Of a stretch of DNA of 32,000 bases, positions 1 to 8,154 are shown in pieces. A program made the position numbers and the translations under genes. Origin of the DNA: Hyperthermus butylicus DSM 5456 (GTDB lineage: Archaea > Thermoproteota > Thermoprotei_A > Sulfolobales > Pyrodictiaceae). A model generated the notes under the pieces. That model saw only the letters and a list, made by a program, of their open reading frames with translations, was not told the DNA's origin and did not search any database. Location of the stretch: the NCBI RefSeq assembly GCF_000015145.1, contig NC_008818.1:720001-752000 (forward strand), given 5' to 3'. Position 1 is the first letter of the stretch, and each line of letters begins with the position of its first letter.

Positions 1-302
1 TCAAGCACTACTAGGACCTGGGGCTTCCGCACCATGCTGTGCAGCGGCACCGGCCCTGGAGCTATCCTGGCAAATGCTAGTACGTGGGCTCCACGCCTCT
101 CAGCACCAAAGCTGGGTATCGCTTGGCCCCACTTACCCTCAACAAGAGCTGCCTGAACCAGCAGTGTTGCAGCGGTAACAGCGCCCTGCCCGCCACGCCC
201 ATGGAACCGCAGCTCCAAGGTTTCCCTCAGAACCGGGATGTAGGAGGCACCCTCTGCGCGTTGCAACCTGGACACGCTCTCCCAAGAAGATATTCCATTC
301 AT
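1..302 (-). CDS. 2-oxoacid (pyruvate/2-ketoisovalerate-type):ferredoxin oxidoreductase gamma subunit, N-terminal part; gene continues past the left edge
   Basis: Absent from the ORF track because it has no stop inside the window. Reverse-strand translation from 302 reads MNGISSWESVSRLQRAEGASYIPVLRETLELRFHGRGGQGAVTAATLLVQAALVEGKWGQAIPSFGAERRGAHVLAFARIAPGPVPLHSMVRKPQVLVVL and is still open at base 1. GRGGQG...FG(A)ERRGA...VLVVLD is the canonical N-terminus of POR/VOR/KOR gamma subunits. The start is ambiguous: ATG 302, GTG 275 and TTG 218 are all in frame. Confidence 0.75.
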   Translation of the reverse strand, partial: MNGISSWESVSRLQRAEGASYIPVLRETLELRFHGRGGQGAVTAATLLVQAALVEGKWGQAIPSFGAERRGAHVLAFARIAPGPVPLHSMVRKPQVLVVL

Positions 303-311
303 GATGGAACA

Positions 312-318
312 TTTTATA
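312..318 (-). promoter_or_regulatory. TATA-box-like element upstream of the oxidoreductase gamma gene
   Basis: Reverse strand reads TATAAAA (plus strand ttttata) about 10 nt upstream of ATG 302. With the usual archaeal TATA-to-TSS spacing of about 25 nt, transcription would begin near 290. That favours GTG 275 or TTG 218 as the real start. Confidence 0.35.
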
Positions 319-728
319 CATAGCTAAATGCATAACAGAACTGTTACCAGGGTGGCCCGTCAGTACCACGACTAGCCATCTTGCAACTCCTCCCGCTGTA
401 TGCCATAGGCCCTCTACAGACCACAGCGCCCGGCTAGCAGCTTGCAAATACGAGCTGAGACTTCACGCCATACTGTGGCATGCGAGCCCCAGCCGAGGCA
501 GCAGCGTGAAAGCCAACGCCACACATCCCATACGCAAACAGCAGCATCCAGCAGCTATGCCAGCTGCGAGGAAGCTACACCCTCACCAACCATAACTATC
601 CAGAATCCCAGCTAGATAACAGGCGACTATGGGCGAAAGCCGTGGCCGCGCAGAGCAGTATAGCCGAAGAACCTGCTAGCCCCTACAAGCTACCACGTTG
701 ACAGTGCATGTGTGCTCGTCAAGATATA

Positions 729-1055
729 CTACGTAGTCGACGCTCCTGCACGCCTTGTCGGTATGGCTTGGCACGAATCTTGCCCTTTACCGGCAGCCCT
801 TAACACGCCAACAAGGGCTTCCATGTGTACAGAGTATGTAAGCAGGGGCTTCCCTTCACACCTGGCCAGCTCAAGCCTACATCCATTGTCTTCGCAGCGT
901 AGATTCTTGAAGATCTGGAATGGGTGACGCTGCACACCATCAGGGCTGAGTAGGAAAACCCCGAGCAGCTCCTCGAGAGACAGCTCCTCCGGCTTAAACC
1001 CGGCCATAGCGCCGAACGTTCTAAAGCCCCGCTCCGCCCCCGCCTCAGCTATCAT
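729..1055 (-). CDS. hypothetical protein; possibly the C-terminal part of a longer gene interrupted by an in-frame TAG
   Basis: 108-aa ORF (MIAEAGAERGFRTFGAMAGFKPEELSLEELLGVFLL...CRLELARCEGKPL...). It is in the same frame as ORF 1080..1316. I recognise no family with confidence; there is only a weak resemblance to small Cys-containing ligand-binding domains. Confidence 0.35.
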   Translation of the reverse strand: MIAEAGAERGFRTFGAMAGFKPEELSLEELLGVFLLSPDGVQRHPFQIFKNLRCEDNGCRLELARCEGKPLLTYSVHMEALVGVLRAAGKGQDSCQAIPTRRAGASTT

Positions 1056-1079
1056 GGCCGCCAGCAGCGCAGCCCGCCT

Positions 1080-1316
1080 CTAACCTACAATTCTCGCAAG
1101 ACTCTCAGGCAAATCACGTGTTAGAATGGAAATAGCCATCTCTATCAATCCACGGGAAACAGCCTCCACATTATCTATAAACTGCGCCATAAACGACGCC
1201 TCCCCTGGCTGGAGAGTAACACAGAGGAGGGCTGCAAGTAAGCCACTACATATGCCCACCTGTATATTCCCACTTACATGTTTTGCATAGTGTATGGAAA
1301 CTATTGCCAAACCCAT
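1080..1316 (-). CDS. hypothetical protein; possibly the N-terminal part of a TAG-interrupted gene
   Basis: 78-aa ORF ending in TAG (1082-1080). The next 8 codons (RRAALLAA) are stop-free and run straight into ATG 1055 of the downstream ORF in the same frame. Confidence 0.3.
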   Translation of the reverse strand: MGLAIVSIHYAKHVSGNIQVGICSGLLAALLCVTLQPGEASFMAQFIDNVEAVSRGLIEMAISILTRDLPESLARIVG

Positions 1317-1584
1317 CCCAGGGAGAAATTGAGCAAGAAGAAGGCTGCCCCGTCACACAGCTCTGCCCCAACCCCATTTATCATAACCGTGTAGCACATA
1401 CTCCGACATCCATACGTGGCGGTAGTATTCGACCTCCATAGGCTTGCCCAGCCTCACTATCACCCTAAACCCTATCGTGGCGCCGCCAGGCGCTCCCCTC
1501 GCCCCGGGCCGTGTCGGGTATCCATGCTGTTAAGGCTCCAGTCCTCCAGGGGGCGTAGCGCCTGGGCGAGCTGTTAGCCCCTGC

Positions 1585-2304
1585 CTAGGATTGCTTGGCA
1601 AGCTCCACGAGTAGTTTGAGCATTCTTCTAGCATTTTCGAGCATGTCGTGGTCGTTGTTGAAGAATACGTAGATCCTCCTGGGGTTCAGGGCTAGTACGC
1701 GCTTGGCATCCTCGAGCAGCTCCTCGTCCGTGTAGTTGTGAGCGTACCACAATACTCTACCGTGCATCCGGAGGTAGACAGTATCGTTACTCGCCGCTAT
1801 GTAGACGCCTATGGGGGAGTCCACCGAGACAAAGGTGGCGCCTATCCTCCGGCAAACCTCTACGCCTAGACCGTTCTCAAACCAGCTCTCGTGCCGAAAC
1901 TCTACGGCCATCCTCTCCCCGAGCCCGGCCTCGGCTGCGAACCGCTCAAGCCTCTCAATGTTCTCGCTGGTGGCCCGGTAGCTCGGGGGGAGCTGGAACA
2001 GGTAGAAGTCCACGAGGCTGTCGAGGGGCTTGAAGAGCTTGTGGAACCTCTCCCAGACACCCAGCGCGTTCGGGTTCAACCGGTGCACATGGGTTATTCT
2101 CCGGTGGACCTTGACGGCCCAGCGTAGCTCCCGGCCCCGCCGGGCCCATGAAGCAACCTGGCTCGGGAAGGGGAACCTGTAGAACGACGCGTTAAGCTCC
2201 ACCGCGTTAAGCCCACTATGCCGCACATACCAGTCCAGCGAGCCCTCCAGGTTCCAGTCGTAGAGCCACCCCGACGTACCAACATAGATGCCGATCTGCG
2301 GCAA
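1585..2304 (-). CDS. DUF72 (YecE-like) family protein
   Basis: ORF 1585..2385. IYVGTSGWLYDWN...LNAVELNASFYRFPFPSQVASWARRG..LRWAVKVHRRITH matches the DUF72 pattern (GTSGW..W, E.N.tFY..P, F.fK......TH). The first 27 codons of the long ORF look non-native. In-frame TTG 2304 gives MPQIGIYVGTSGW, a typical family N-terminus. Confidence 0.85.
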   Translation of the reverse strand: MPQIGIYVGTSGWLYDWNLEGSLDWYVRHSGLNAVELNASFYRFPFPSQVASWARRGRELRWAVKVHRRITHVHRLNPNALGVWERFHKLFKPLDSLVDFYLFQLPPSYRATSENIERLERFAAEAGLGERMAVEFRHESWFENGLGVEVCRRIGATFVSVDSPIGVYIAASNDTVYLRMHGRVLWYAHNYTDEELLEDAKRVLALNPRRIYVFFNNDHDMLENARRMLKLLVELAKQS

Positions 2305-2830
2305 GTACGAACCCTGGAGAGGTGTAGAGTGCTTGCCAGCGTAGAGTGTGTTCCGGTAATCGTTAACACAACGGTTAGCTAGCAACTCTCGTGCCGCGGT
2401 CGCGCATGTGCCGGACAGTCCATGCGCCTAGTTACCCACGGGAGCGTAGTGGCTGTGCCACTGTCTAGCAGCTCCCAGGCGTTGACATAGTAGGCTTGCT
2501 TCTCAGGACAGATAATACTAGCATAAAAGTTAGTAAAGTTAGGTTAGTGATAGTGGCACATACGTGGCGTGGCTTCCTGGCCGGATGCCCCCTCTGGGAG
2601 GGGTATGGCGCGTCGTTTGGTGTTAGGTTACCGCCTAGCACTGTAAGGCCCCTTACACAGCTTCCTGAACATGGCGATATAGCTGCCCACTACGTGGTGG
2701 TGAATGGTGAGCTGATTACTCTTCACCTGAGCATTCTTGGGTATTAATGTATTGCCTGGACGTTCAATGCTAGCCCGGCATGAAGCCGTCAACACCCGTG
2801 ACAGACATGATTGAATGGTTTAATATATCT

Positions 2831-3268
2831 CTAACCTTTTAAGAACTGGCTTTCTATCAGTATCGTGTTTGTCGGGTAGCCATGCTTCTCGAGGAATTCT
2901 AGGAGCTTGACGTCCCGGGTTAGCAGGTGGAGGCCCTTGGTGAAGGCTGTAGCGTAGATTAGCGCGTCTATAAGGTCTCGGAGGCCATCCCTGCGGAGCC
3001 TTGCAGCGAGGAGCCACGCCCTAATATCCGGGTCGGCCCTGGCATAGCCTGCTGCTATCGCTGTAATCCCCTGCTCTACCACGTGCTCGGGCACACCTAG
3101 CTTCACAGCCTTGGCTAGTGCTTCCAGCAGCGAGAAGTCTGAGTAGTAGAGCTCCACACGCCCCCGGCTCCGGAGCAGCTTTAGCCTCTCGAGTACCGGT
3201 TTTACACCTTCCACATCGACGCCGAGGGTTGGCAGTATGTAGCTAGTGTCGAGGAGTACGCGTTGCAC
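2831..3268 (-). CDS. vapC: PIN-domain ribonuclease, VapC-like toxin
   Basis: ORF 2831..3307. VLLDTSYILPTLGV...LIDALIYATAFTKGLHLLTRDVKL carries the N-terminal and C-terminal acidic PIN motifs. In-frame GTG 3268 overlaps the upstream antitoxin stop as TAGTG, which is classic translational coupling. ATG 3307 or 3295 are alternative starts. Confidence 0.8.
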   Translation of the reverse strand: MQRVLLDTSYILPTLGVDVEGVKPVLERLKLLRSRGRVELYYSDFSLLEALAKAVKLGVPEHVVEQGITAIAAGYARADPDIRAWLLAARLRRDGLRDLIDALIYATAFTKGLHLLTRDVKLLEFLEKHGYPTNTILIESQFLKG

Positions 3269-3576
3269 TACCCCTCCAGCTGTTCTTGCTGCCATTTCTC
3301 GCTCCACTCCTCAAACTCTTCAAAAGCTACGCGAGCATACTTTGGACCCTTCAGCGCCAGCTCCAGCGGATCGTACACTGGCGTCAACACTATACGGCTG
3401 CCCTCGAGATGGAGGAGCAGCTCGCAGCCCTCGCGGAGGCCGAGGCGCCTCAGCACATCCCGGGGCAAGTATACCGCGCCCTTGCTTGATAGCTTCACCC
3501 GGAAAACTATACTGCTACCTTCCAACCCTATGATCCACCCGGGGAAGATTAGTATCGTCCAGGCTTCATATACCAT
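3268..3576 (-). CDS. vapB: AbrB/SpoVT-type DNA-binding antitoxin, VapB-like
   Basis: VKLSSKGAVYLPRDVLRRLGLREGCELLLHLEGSRIVLTPV is the swapped-hairpin AbrB/MazE-type fold signature. The gene lies immediately upstream of, and overlaps, the PIN gene. The true start may be internal (TTG 3525 or the GTG before KLSSKG). Confidence 0.75.
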   Translation of the reverse strand: MVYEAWTILIFPGWIIGLEGSSIVFRVKLSSKGAVYLPRDVLRRLGLREGCELLLHLEGSRIVLTPVYDPLELALKGPKYARVAFEEFEEWSEKWQQEQLEG

Positions 3577-3645
3577 TCTCCCGGTGCGACACTAGTCGGG
3601 CCCGGAGAGAGGAAAGCCCTCGGGGTAAGCCTTGCCAGGCCACGG

Positions 3646-3665
3646 GGTAGCGGTTCACCGCTACC
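3646..3665. repeat. perfect 8-bp inverted repeat (hairpin ggtagcgg-ttca-ccgctacc), function unknown
   Basis: Read directly from the sequence: ggtagcgg (3646-3653), loop ttca, ccgctacc (3658-3665). It lies in the 272-nt spacer between the tsaA-like gene end and the vapB start. Confidence 0.5.
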
Positions 3666-3848
3666 ACTGCTTAAATGCAAGGCATCAAATAATAGTCAAT
3701 GATACCTAACGTAGTCACTGAGCATAAGCCTTTCTCGCGTCGGCCGAATACTGGGATTAGCTCAGCAGCATCAGATACAAGAGTGCTACGAGGATAGGCA
3801 CCCATAGCTTTGCCCAATACACTTACCTGTGAATACATGTGTACTGTG

Positions 3849-4361
3849 CTAGCATGGTCCAAGCCAGGGTACAAGCTGCGAGTAGAGGCTGCTTTTCCTC
3901 TCCCACTCCTCTAGGAAGTCGCGGCTGACACGCGGCCGTTTAACAATGTCATAGTAGTCGTAGGGCTTTATGTCGAGAACTGGGGTTCCCGTCCACGCGT
4001 CGATACCTCTAACCCTTAGCCTTGGGCCTCTGAGCTCGACAAGCTCTACGACAGACACAGCTATGGGGTTTGGTCTTGGGGGATATCTGGTAGCAAAGAT
4101 GCCCAGCTCTCTTCCAGTAACGCGGTGTTTGAGTTTTAGCCTAGCCTCTTTCGCCTCGTGGAACACGTAGACGATTATTAGGTGCGAGTATTCCTCTAGT
4201 CCCTTCAGCCCCTCAACGTACTCGTCGAACACTCTAATGGTGCCTATAACCTCGTACTTACTCTTGAGGCGTTTTCTCTCTGGTTCTTCGGGCTTCGGAA
4301 GACCCTCTTCAACTATGCCTATGGGTCTAAAGCAGTACAATTCGTTGTTCTGGCATGCCAT
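3849..4361 (-). CDS. tsaA: TsaA/TrmO-like SAM-dependent tRNA methyltransferase (UPF0066/YaeB family)
   Basis: FRPIGIVEEG...IRVFDEYVEGLKGLEEYSHLIIVYVFH...TRYPPRPNPIAVSVVELVELRGPRLRVRGIDAWTGTPVLDIKPY is the characteristic YaeB/TrmO beta-barrel domain sequence. Confidence 0.8.
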   Translation of the reverse strand: MACQNNELYCFRPIGIVEEGLPKPEEPERKRLKSKYEVIGTIRVFDEYVEGLKGLEEYSHLIIVYVFHEAKEARLKLKHRVTGRELGIFATRYPPRPNPIAVSVVELVELRGPRLRVRGIDAWTGTPVLDIKPYDYYDIVKRPRVSRDFLEEWERKSSLYSQLVPWLGPC

Positions 4362-4581
4362 ACTGTGGAACCCGTTCAGCCAACTACAGCGGTGATGGTA
4401 TTATTGTTACTGTAGAGGGTTTGCGTTGAGTAGGGTCCATGTCGCATATGGCTGGAGTTCAAATTCTAGTTTGCTGTGGCGGGCTAGCGGTTATGCCATG
4501 TGTGTTAATATGATGGCTTTCAGCTATATCGTCCATGATATTCCCAACACAAGCTCTCAGGAGGCGGCATCCCATGGTACC

Positions 4582-4589
4582 CTATAAGG
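4582..4589 (+). promoter_or_regulatory. candidate TATA box for the aor gene
   Basis: ctataagg lies in the divergent spacer, about 60 nt upstream of GTG 4648. This rests on position and sequence only. Confidence 0.3.
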
Positions 4590-4647
4590 CTTAACTAATC
4601 CCCCTCTGCTCACAGACGTGGAAAACTGCACGTATGGGTGGTAACTG

Positions 4648-6543
4648 GTGCTAAAGGGTTATGCTGGCCGGGTTGGATTTGTAGACCTATCCGCTGGGAG
4701 AACGTGGATTGAGCCTCTCGATGAGCGTGTGGCAGAGCTGTTCATTGGTGGTAAGGGCTTCCTCTACTACTACGGGTTCCGGCTGATACCACCCTCCGCC
4801 GACCCCTTGGACCCGAACGCTAATGTGCTCGTGGTTGCTCCGGGCGCCCTGGCGGGCCATGCCCCTGCAGCGTCGAAGATAGGGTTCCTGGCTAAGAGCC
4901 CGCTCACTGGCATACTCTGCGACACCTATGCCGGCCAGGTTTTCGCGTCGAAGCTGAAGCTAGCGGGGTTCGACGCCCTCGTAGTGCTTGGAGCTTCGGA
5001 TGAGCCGGTCTACATCTACGTGGAGAACGGGAGGATAGAGATCCGGGAGGCGGGGCACCTCTGGGGGAGCAGCACGTGGGACACGTTCCAGGCTATCCGG
5101 AAGGAGACTAGGAGCGGCGCTAGCGTCGCGGCGATCGGGCCGGCGGGGGAGCGGCTGGTACGCTTCGCCAACATAATGGTGGATGGGTTCCGTGCAGCTG
5201 GACGCTGCGGTCTCGGAGCGGTGATGGGTGCTAAGAAGCTGAAGGCGATAGCTGTCTGGGGCGGCAGGCCGCCCGAAAGGGCCGACCCCAGCGCATGGAG
5301 GGAGACATACATCTCCATCTATAGGAGGGTGCGGGAGGACGAGCCTACGAGGCTATGGGCGAGGTGCGGCACCAACGACGGGGTAATGTCCTGCGCCCGG
5401 CTAAGCATGTGCCCGGGCTGGCACTGGAGGAGGCCCTGGCTCCCCCAGGAAGAGGCCGAGAAGCTATCCTGCAGCGAGGTGCTGAAGAGGGAGGCCCCGA
5501 AGAGTCTCTACCGGGAGCATGCAGGCTACCTGTGGGGCTGGGGCTGCCCTGTCAAGTGCAGCAAGCTCATAGTGGTTGGGAGGAAGGGGCTGGAGCACAT
5601 AGCTGTTAAGCCAGAGTACGAGAACCTCGCTATGCTCGGCCTCGCAGCCGGCATCCTCGACGTGGACAGTGTAGCCTATCTCGAGTGGCTCGTGAACAGC
5701 CTGGGGATGGACAGTATAAGCTTCGGCGAGACCGTTTCCTGGCTGATGGAGCTCTACGAGGACGGGCTCGTGGCCAGGGAGGATCTGGCAGGGCTAGGCA
5801 GGGAGCCGCGCTTCGGCGACCCGGAGGCGGTGGCAGAGCTGGCCAAGCTGATAGCAGAGCGCCGCGGCATAGGCGCAGTGTTAGCGGAGGGCGTCGAGAA
5901 GGCAGCAAGGATACTCGGCAGGGGCGCCGACCGAGCCCTACACGTCAAGGGGCTAGAGCCGGCAGCGTGGGACCCGCGGGGCCGCCGGGGCCTCGTAGTG
6001 AGCTATGCCACGGCAGATGTTGGTGCTAGCCACCTGCGAGGCTGGCCGAGGCCTCACGAGCCTCCGAGCAAGGGCCCTGCGAGGGAGACAGTTGAGAGCA
6101 TGATAAGGGACCGCGACTGGAAAGCACTCCTAGACAGCCTCGGCCTATGCAGCTTCGTCCCATACACCAGGGAGGAGGTGGAGAAGATCTACAGGGCCGT
6201 GACCGGCAGGGATGCAAAGGCTGACGAGCTTGTACTTGTGGGCTGGAGGGCGGAGGCGCTAGCAAGGATACACGCTGCGCTAGCAGGCAGAGTCCCCGAG
6301 GGCGACAGGCCGCCGAAGAGGTGGATGGAGCCCATACCCGAGGGCCCCCTGAAGGGTGTAAAGGCGGCGCTAGACTGGGACGACTTGCGGGAGGCGCTGC
6401 GAGAATTCTACCGACTAAGGGGCTACCACGAGGAGTACGGCGTGCCGCTACCCGAGACCCTCCAGAAGCTCGGCCTGGAATGGGCAATACCCGAAGCCGA
6501 GAAGGCCCTGGAAGAGGCTAAACGCCGCCTCCACCACGGCTGA
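4648..6543 (+). CDS. aor: tungsten-containing aldehyde:ferredoxin oxidoreductase (AOR family)
   Basis: 631 aa. The N-terminus GYAGRVGFVDLSAGRTWIEPLDE..FIGGKGF is typical of the family. Length and motifs throughout fit AOR: GSSTWDT, GPAGE..VRFA, and the C-terminal domain ending EYGVPLPETLQKLGL. Confidence 0.9.
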   Translation: MLKGYAGRVGFVDLSAGRTWIEPLDERVAELFIGGKGFLYYYGFRLIPPSADPLDPNANVLVVAPGALAGHAPAASKIGFLAKSPLTGILCDTYAGQVFASKLKLAGFDALVVLGASDEPVYIYVENGRIEIREAGHLWGSSTWDTFQAIRKETRSGASVAAIGPAGERLVRFANIMVDGFRAAGRCGLGAVMGAKKLKAIAVWGGRPPERADPSAWRETYISIYRRVREDEPTRLWARCGTNDGVMSCARLSMCPGWHWRRPWLPQEEAEKLSCSEVLKREAPKSLYREHAGYLWGWGCPVKCSKLIVVGRKGLEHIAVKPEYENLAMLGLAAGILDVDSVAYLEWLVNSLGMDSISFGETVSWLMELYEDGLVAREDLAGLGREPRFGDPEAVAELAKLIAERRGIGAVLAEGVEKAARILGRGADRALHVKGLEPAAWDPRGRRGLVVSYATADVGASHLRGWPRPHEPPSKGPARETVESMIRDRDWKALLDSLGLCSFVPYTREEVEKIYRAVTGRDAKADELVLVGWRAEALARIHAALAGRVPEGDRPPKRWMEPIPEGPLKGVKAALDWDDLREALREFYRLRGYHEEYGVPLPETLQKLGLEWAIPEAEKALEEAKRRLHHG

Positions 6544-6547
6544 AAAG

Positions 6548-6586
6548 GGATGGCCCACGAGGTGGCCGTCCTTACCCGCTTTTTTC
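6548..6586 (+). terminator. hairpin plus oligo-T tract downstream of aor
   Basis: ggatggcc (6548-6555) pairs with ggccgtcc (6564-6571), including one G:U pair. A tttttt tract follows at 6580-6585, a few nt after the TGA at 6541-6543. Oligo-T is the usual archaeal termination signal. Confidence 0.45.
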
Positions 6587-6715
6587 CACTTTCACGCCTT
6601 GCTCATCGGGGAGCTAGCAGAGCTAATCCGCATACCACAGCGGGGAGCCATGGCCACAGCTTGGCTGGGCGCGGGCCAGGGCGGGGCTTAGGCTGGGGCT
6701 AGCTTTGCACGCTCC

Positions 6716-7241
6716 ATGAGCACCATCCTATACGTCCTTTACCCTTCCGGAGAGAATAGGTGGGCCACGGGTGGGGCTGGAGACGCCTTGGACCCGTTCA
6801 CTGCGGGCGTCCTACTAGTCATAGCTGGTATAGTGTTGATACTCGTGGAGATAACTGTGCCAGGCTTCATGCTCGCGGTACCCGGCACGCTAGCGATAAT
6901 CTATGGAGTCATGCTCATAGTGTTCCCAGGCCTCGCGAGCGTATGGTAGGGCCCCTGGCTAATGGCTGTTCTCACCCTGCCACTATCAGCTGTAACAGTG
7001 GCCCTCTACCGCCGGCTAACACATCAGGCAAGGTTGAAACCACGAGCTACGAGGGGCTCATAGGTAAACCGGTATAGTCATCCGGGAGGTTAGGCCAGAC
7101 AACATCAAGGGCCTTGTCCGCATAGGCAGCGATGTCTGGTCAGCAACAACCAGGGGCAAGCCCATACCACGCGGCACTAAGGTACGCGTAGTAGGCGTAG
7201 AAGGTGTCCACCTGATAGTCGAGCCCGTAGAGGAGGCTTGA
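6716..7241 (+). pseudogene. NfeD-like (short form) membrane protein, disrupted by one in-frame TAG and two frame changes
   Basis: Frame 2 (6716-6946) encodes ...TAGVLLVIAGIVLILVEITVPGFMLAVPGTLAIIYGVMLIVFPGLASVW. A TAG follows at 6947-6949, and the same frame continues GPWLMAVLTLPLSAVTVALYRRL. Frame 1 then carries GKVETTSYEGLIGKP (stop at 7075-7077). Frame 3, from 7068, carries GIVIREVRPDNIKGLVRIGSDVWSATTRGKPIPRGTKVRVVGVEGVHLIVEPVEEA with its stop at 7239-7241. That last segment is the NfeD C-terminal OB-fold pattern. The gene sits directly upstream of an SPFH gene, which is the conserved nfeD-stomatin arrangement. Confidence 0.7.
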
Positions 7242-7343
7242 AACGGCTAGGGGAAGGAAAGGGCGTTTTAAGGCTTGAGCAAGCCGAAAACGTAACGGGT
7301 GCAGAACTTCCTCCCCCTACTGTTTGGGAGGGCGTGACAAACA

Positions 7344-8154
7344 TTGAACGGTGTAGCTGCTCTCCTAGCTCTAGTCCTTGGAGCCCTTGTATCAGCGCTT
7401 GTCGCTCTAGGCATCCGGGTCATTAGGCCCTGGGAGGTTGACATCTACATTCGGCTCGGCAAGTTCATGGGCATACTGCGGCCTGGTCTCCACTGGGTCC
7501 CTCCGTTTATAAGCAATGTATACCGCATAGACCTCCGCACACAAGTAGTCGACGTGCCGAAGCAGGAGGTTATAACGAGGGACAACTCTCCAGTCGTAGT
7601 ATGACGCTGTTATATACTACCGCGTCATAGACCCGAAGAAGGCCTTCTTCGAGATCGAAGACTACCGGACCGCAGTTGTCGCGCCGGCGCAGACAACGCT
7701 GCGAAGCGTAATAGGCGACATGGAGCTAGACGAGATACCCTACAACCGCGCTGCAATAAACGCTAAGCTCCGCAGCATACTCGACGAGGCCACGGATAAG
7801 TGGGGCGTCCGGGCCGAGAGCATCGAGATAAGAGAGGTTGAGCCAAGCCCCACGGTTAAGAAGGCTATGGAGGAGCAGACGGCAGCGGAGAGGGAGAGAA
7901 GGGCAGCAATACTCAGCGCTGAGGGCGAGAGGATGGCCATGATACTCCGAGCGCTAGGCGAAGCCCAGAGGCTGAGGATACTAGCAGCTGGAGCATCAGC
8001 ACTACACCCAGCCGCAGTAACGGTCCTCGGCCTAGAGACGCTAGCCAAGCTAGCAGACACACCATCAACAAAGCTGGTCCTACCATACGAGCTAACCCGC
8101 CTAGCTGAGGCAGTAGCAGCACACCTGGGTGCTGCAGCAGCCCAGCCACCATAG
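7344..8154 (+). pseudogene. stomatin/prohibitin-homology (SPFH, band 7) protein split by a 1-nt frameshift
   Basis: Frame 3 (7344..7604) ends ...VPKQEVITRDNSPVVV*. Frame 1, open from 7600, continues DAVIYYRVIDPKKAFFEIEDYRTAVVAPAQTTLRSVIGDMELDEI...AAERERRAAILSAEGE... to the TAG at 8152-8154. Joined, the two parts give 269 codons of canonical SPFH sequence. The shift is pinned to 7600-7604. Confidence 0.8.

Noticed and set aside
84-447. Tracked ORFs 84..323 (+) and 139..447 (-).
   Set aside because: A different minus-strand frame over the same bases gives an unmistakable oxidoreductase gamma-subunit N-terminus. These two ORFs are off-frame artefacts.
2386-2830. The 445-nt spacer with ORF 2496..2747 and a 9-nt repeat gttaggtta (about 2538 and about 2622).
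   Set aside because: The ORF has non-native composition. The short repeat is unsupported by any further structure or motif, so no feature is called.
3741-3800. tRNA-like D-loop string tagctcag (gggattagctcagcagcatcagat).
   Set aside because: No acceptor stem, anticodon arm or T-arm (GTTCRANYC) can be built around it.
4451-4470. T-loop-like strings ggagttcaaattc (here) and ggggttcgaaagg (31554-31566).
   Set aside because: The flanking bases do not form a T-stem, and no cloverleaf context is present.
4385-4560. C/D-box sRNA candidates (gtgatgg at about 4392, atgatgg at about 4511, catgata at about 4535).
   Set aside because: No properly spaced CTGA D/D' boxes and no terminal stem are present, so the box-like strings are probably chance.
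5016-6521. Multiple ORFs of 64-153 aa on both strands inside the AOR gene.
   Set aside because: They are Arg/Pro/Gly/Ser-rich off-frame products typical of high-GC DNA, and all are fully contained in a well-supported 631-aa gene.
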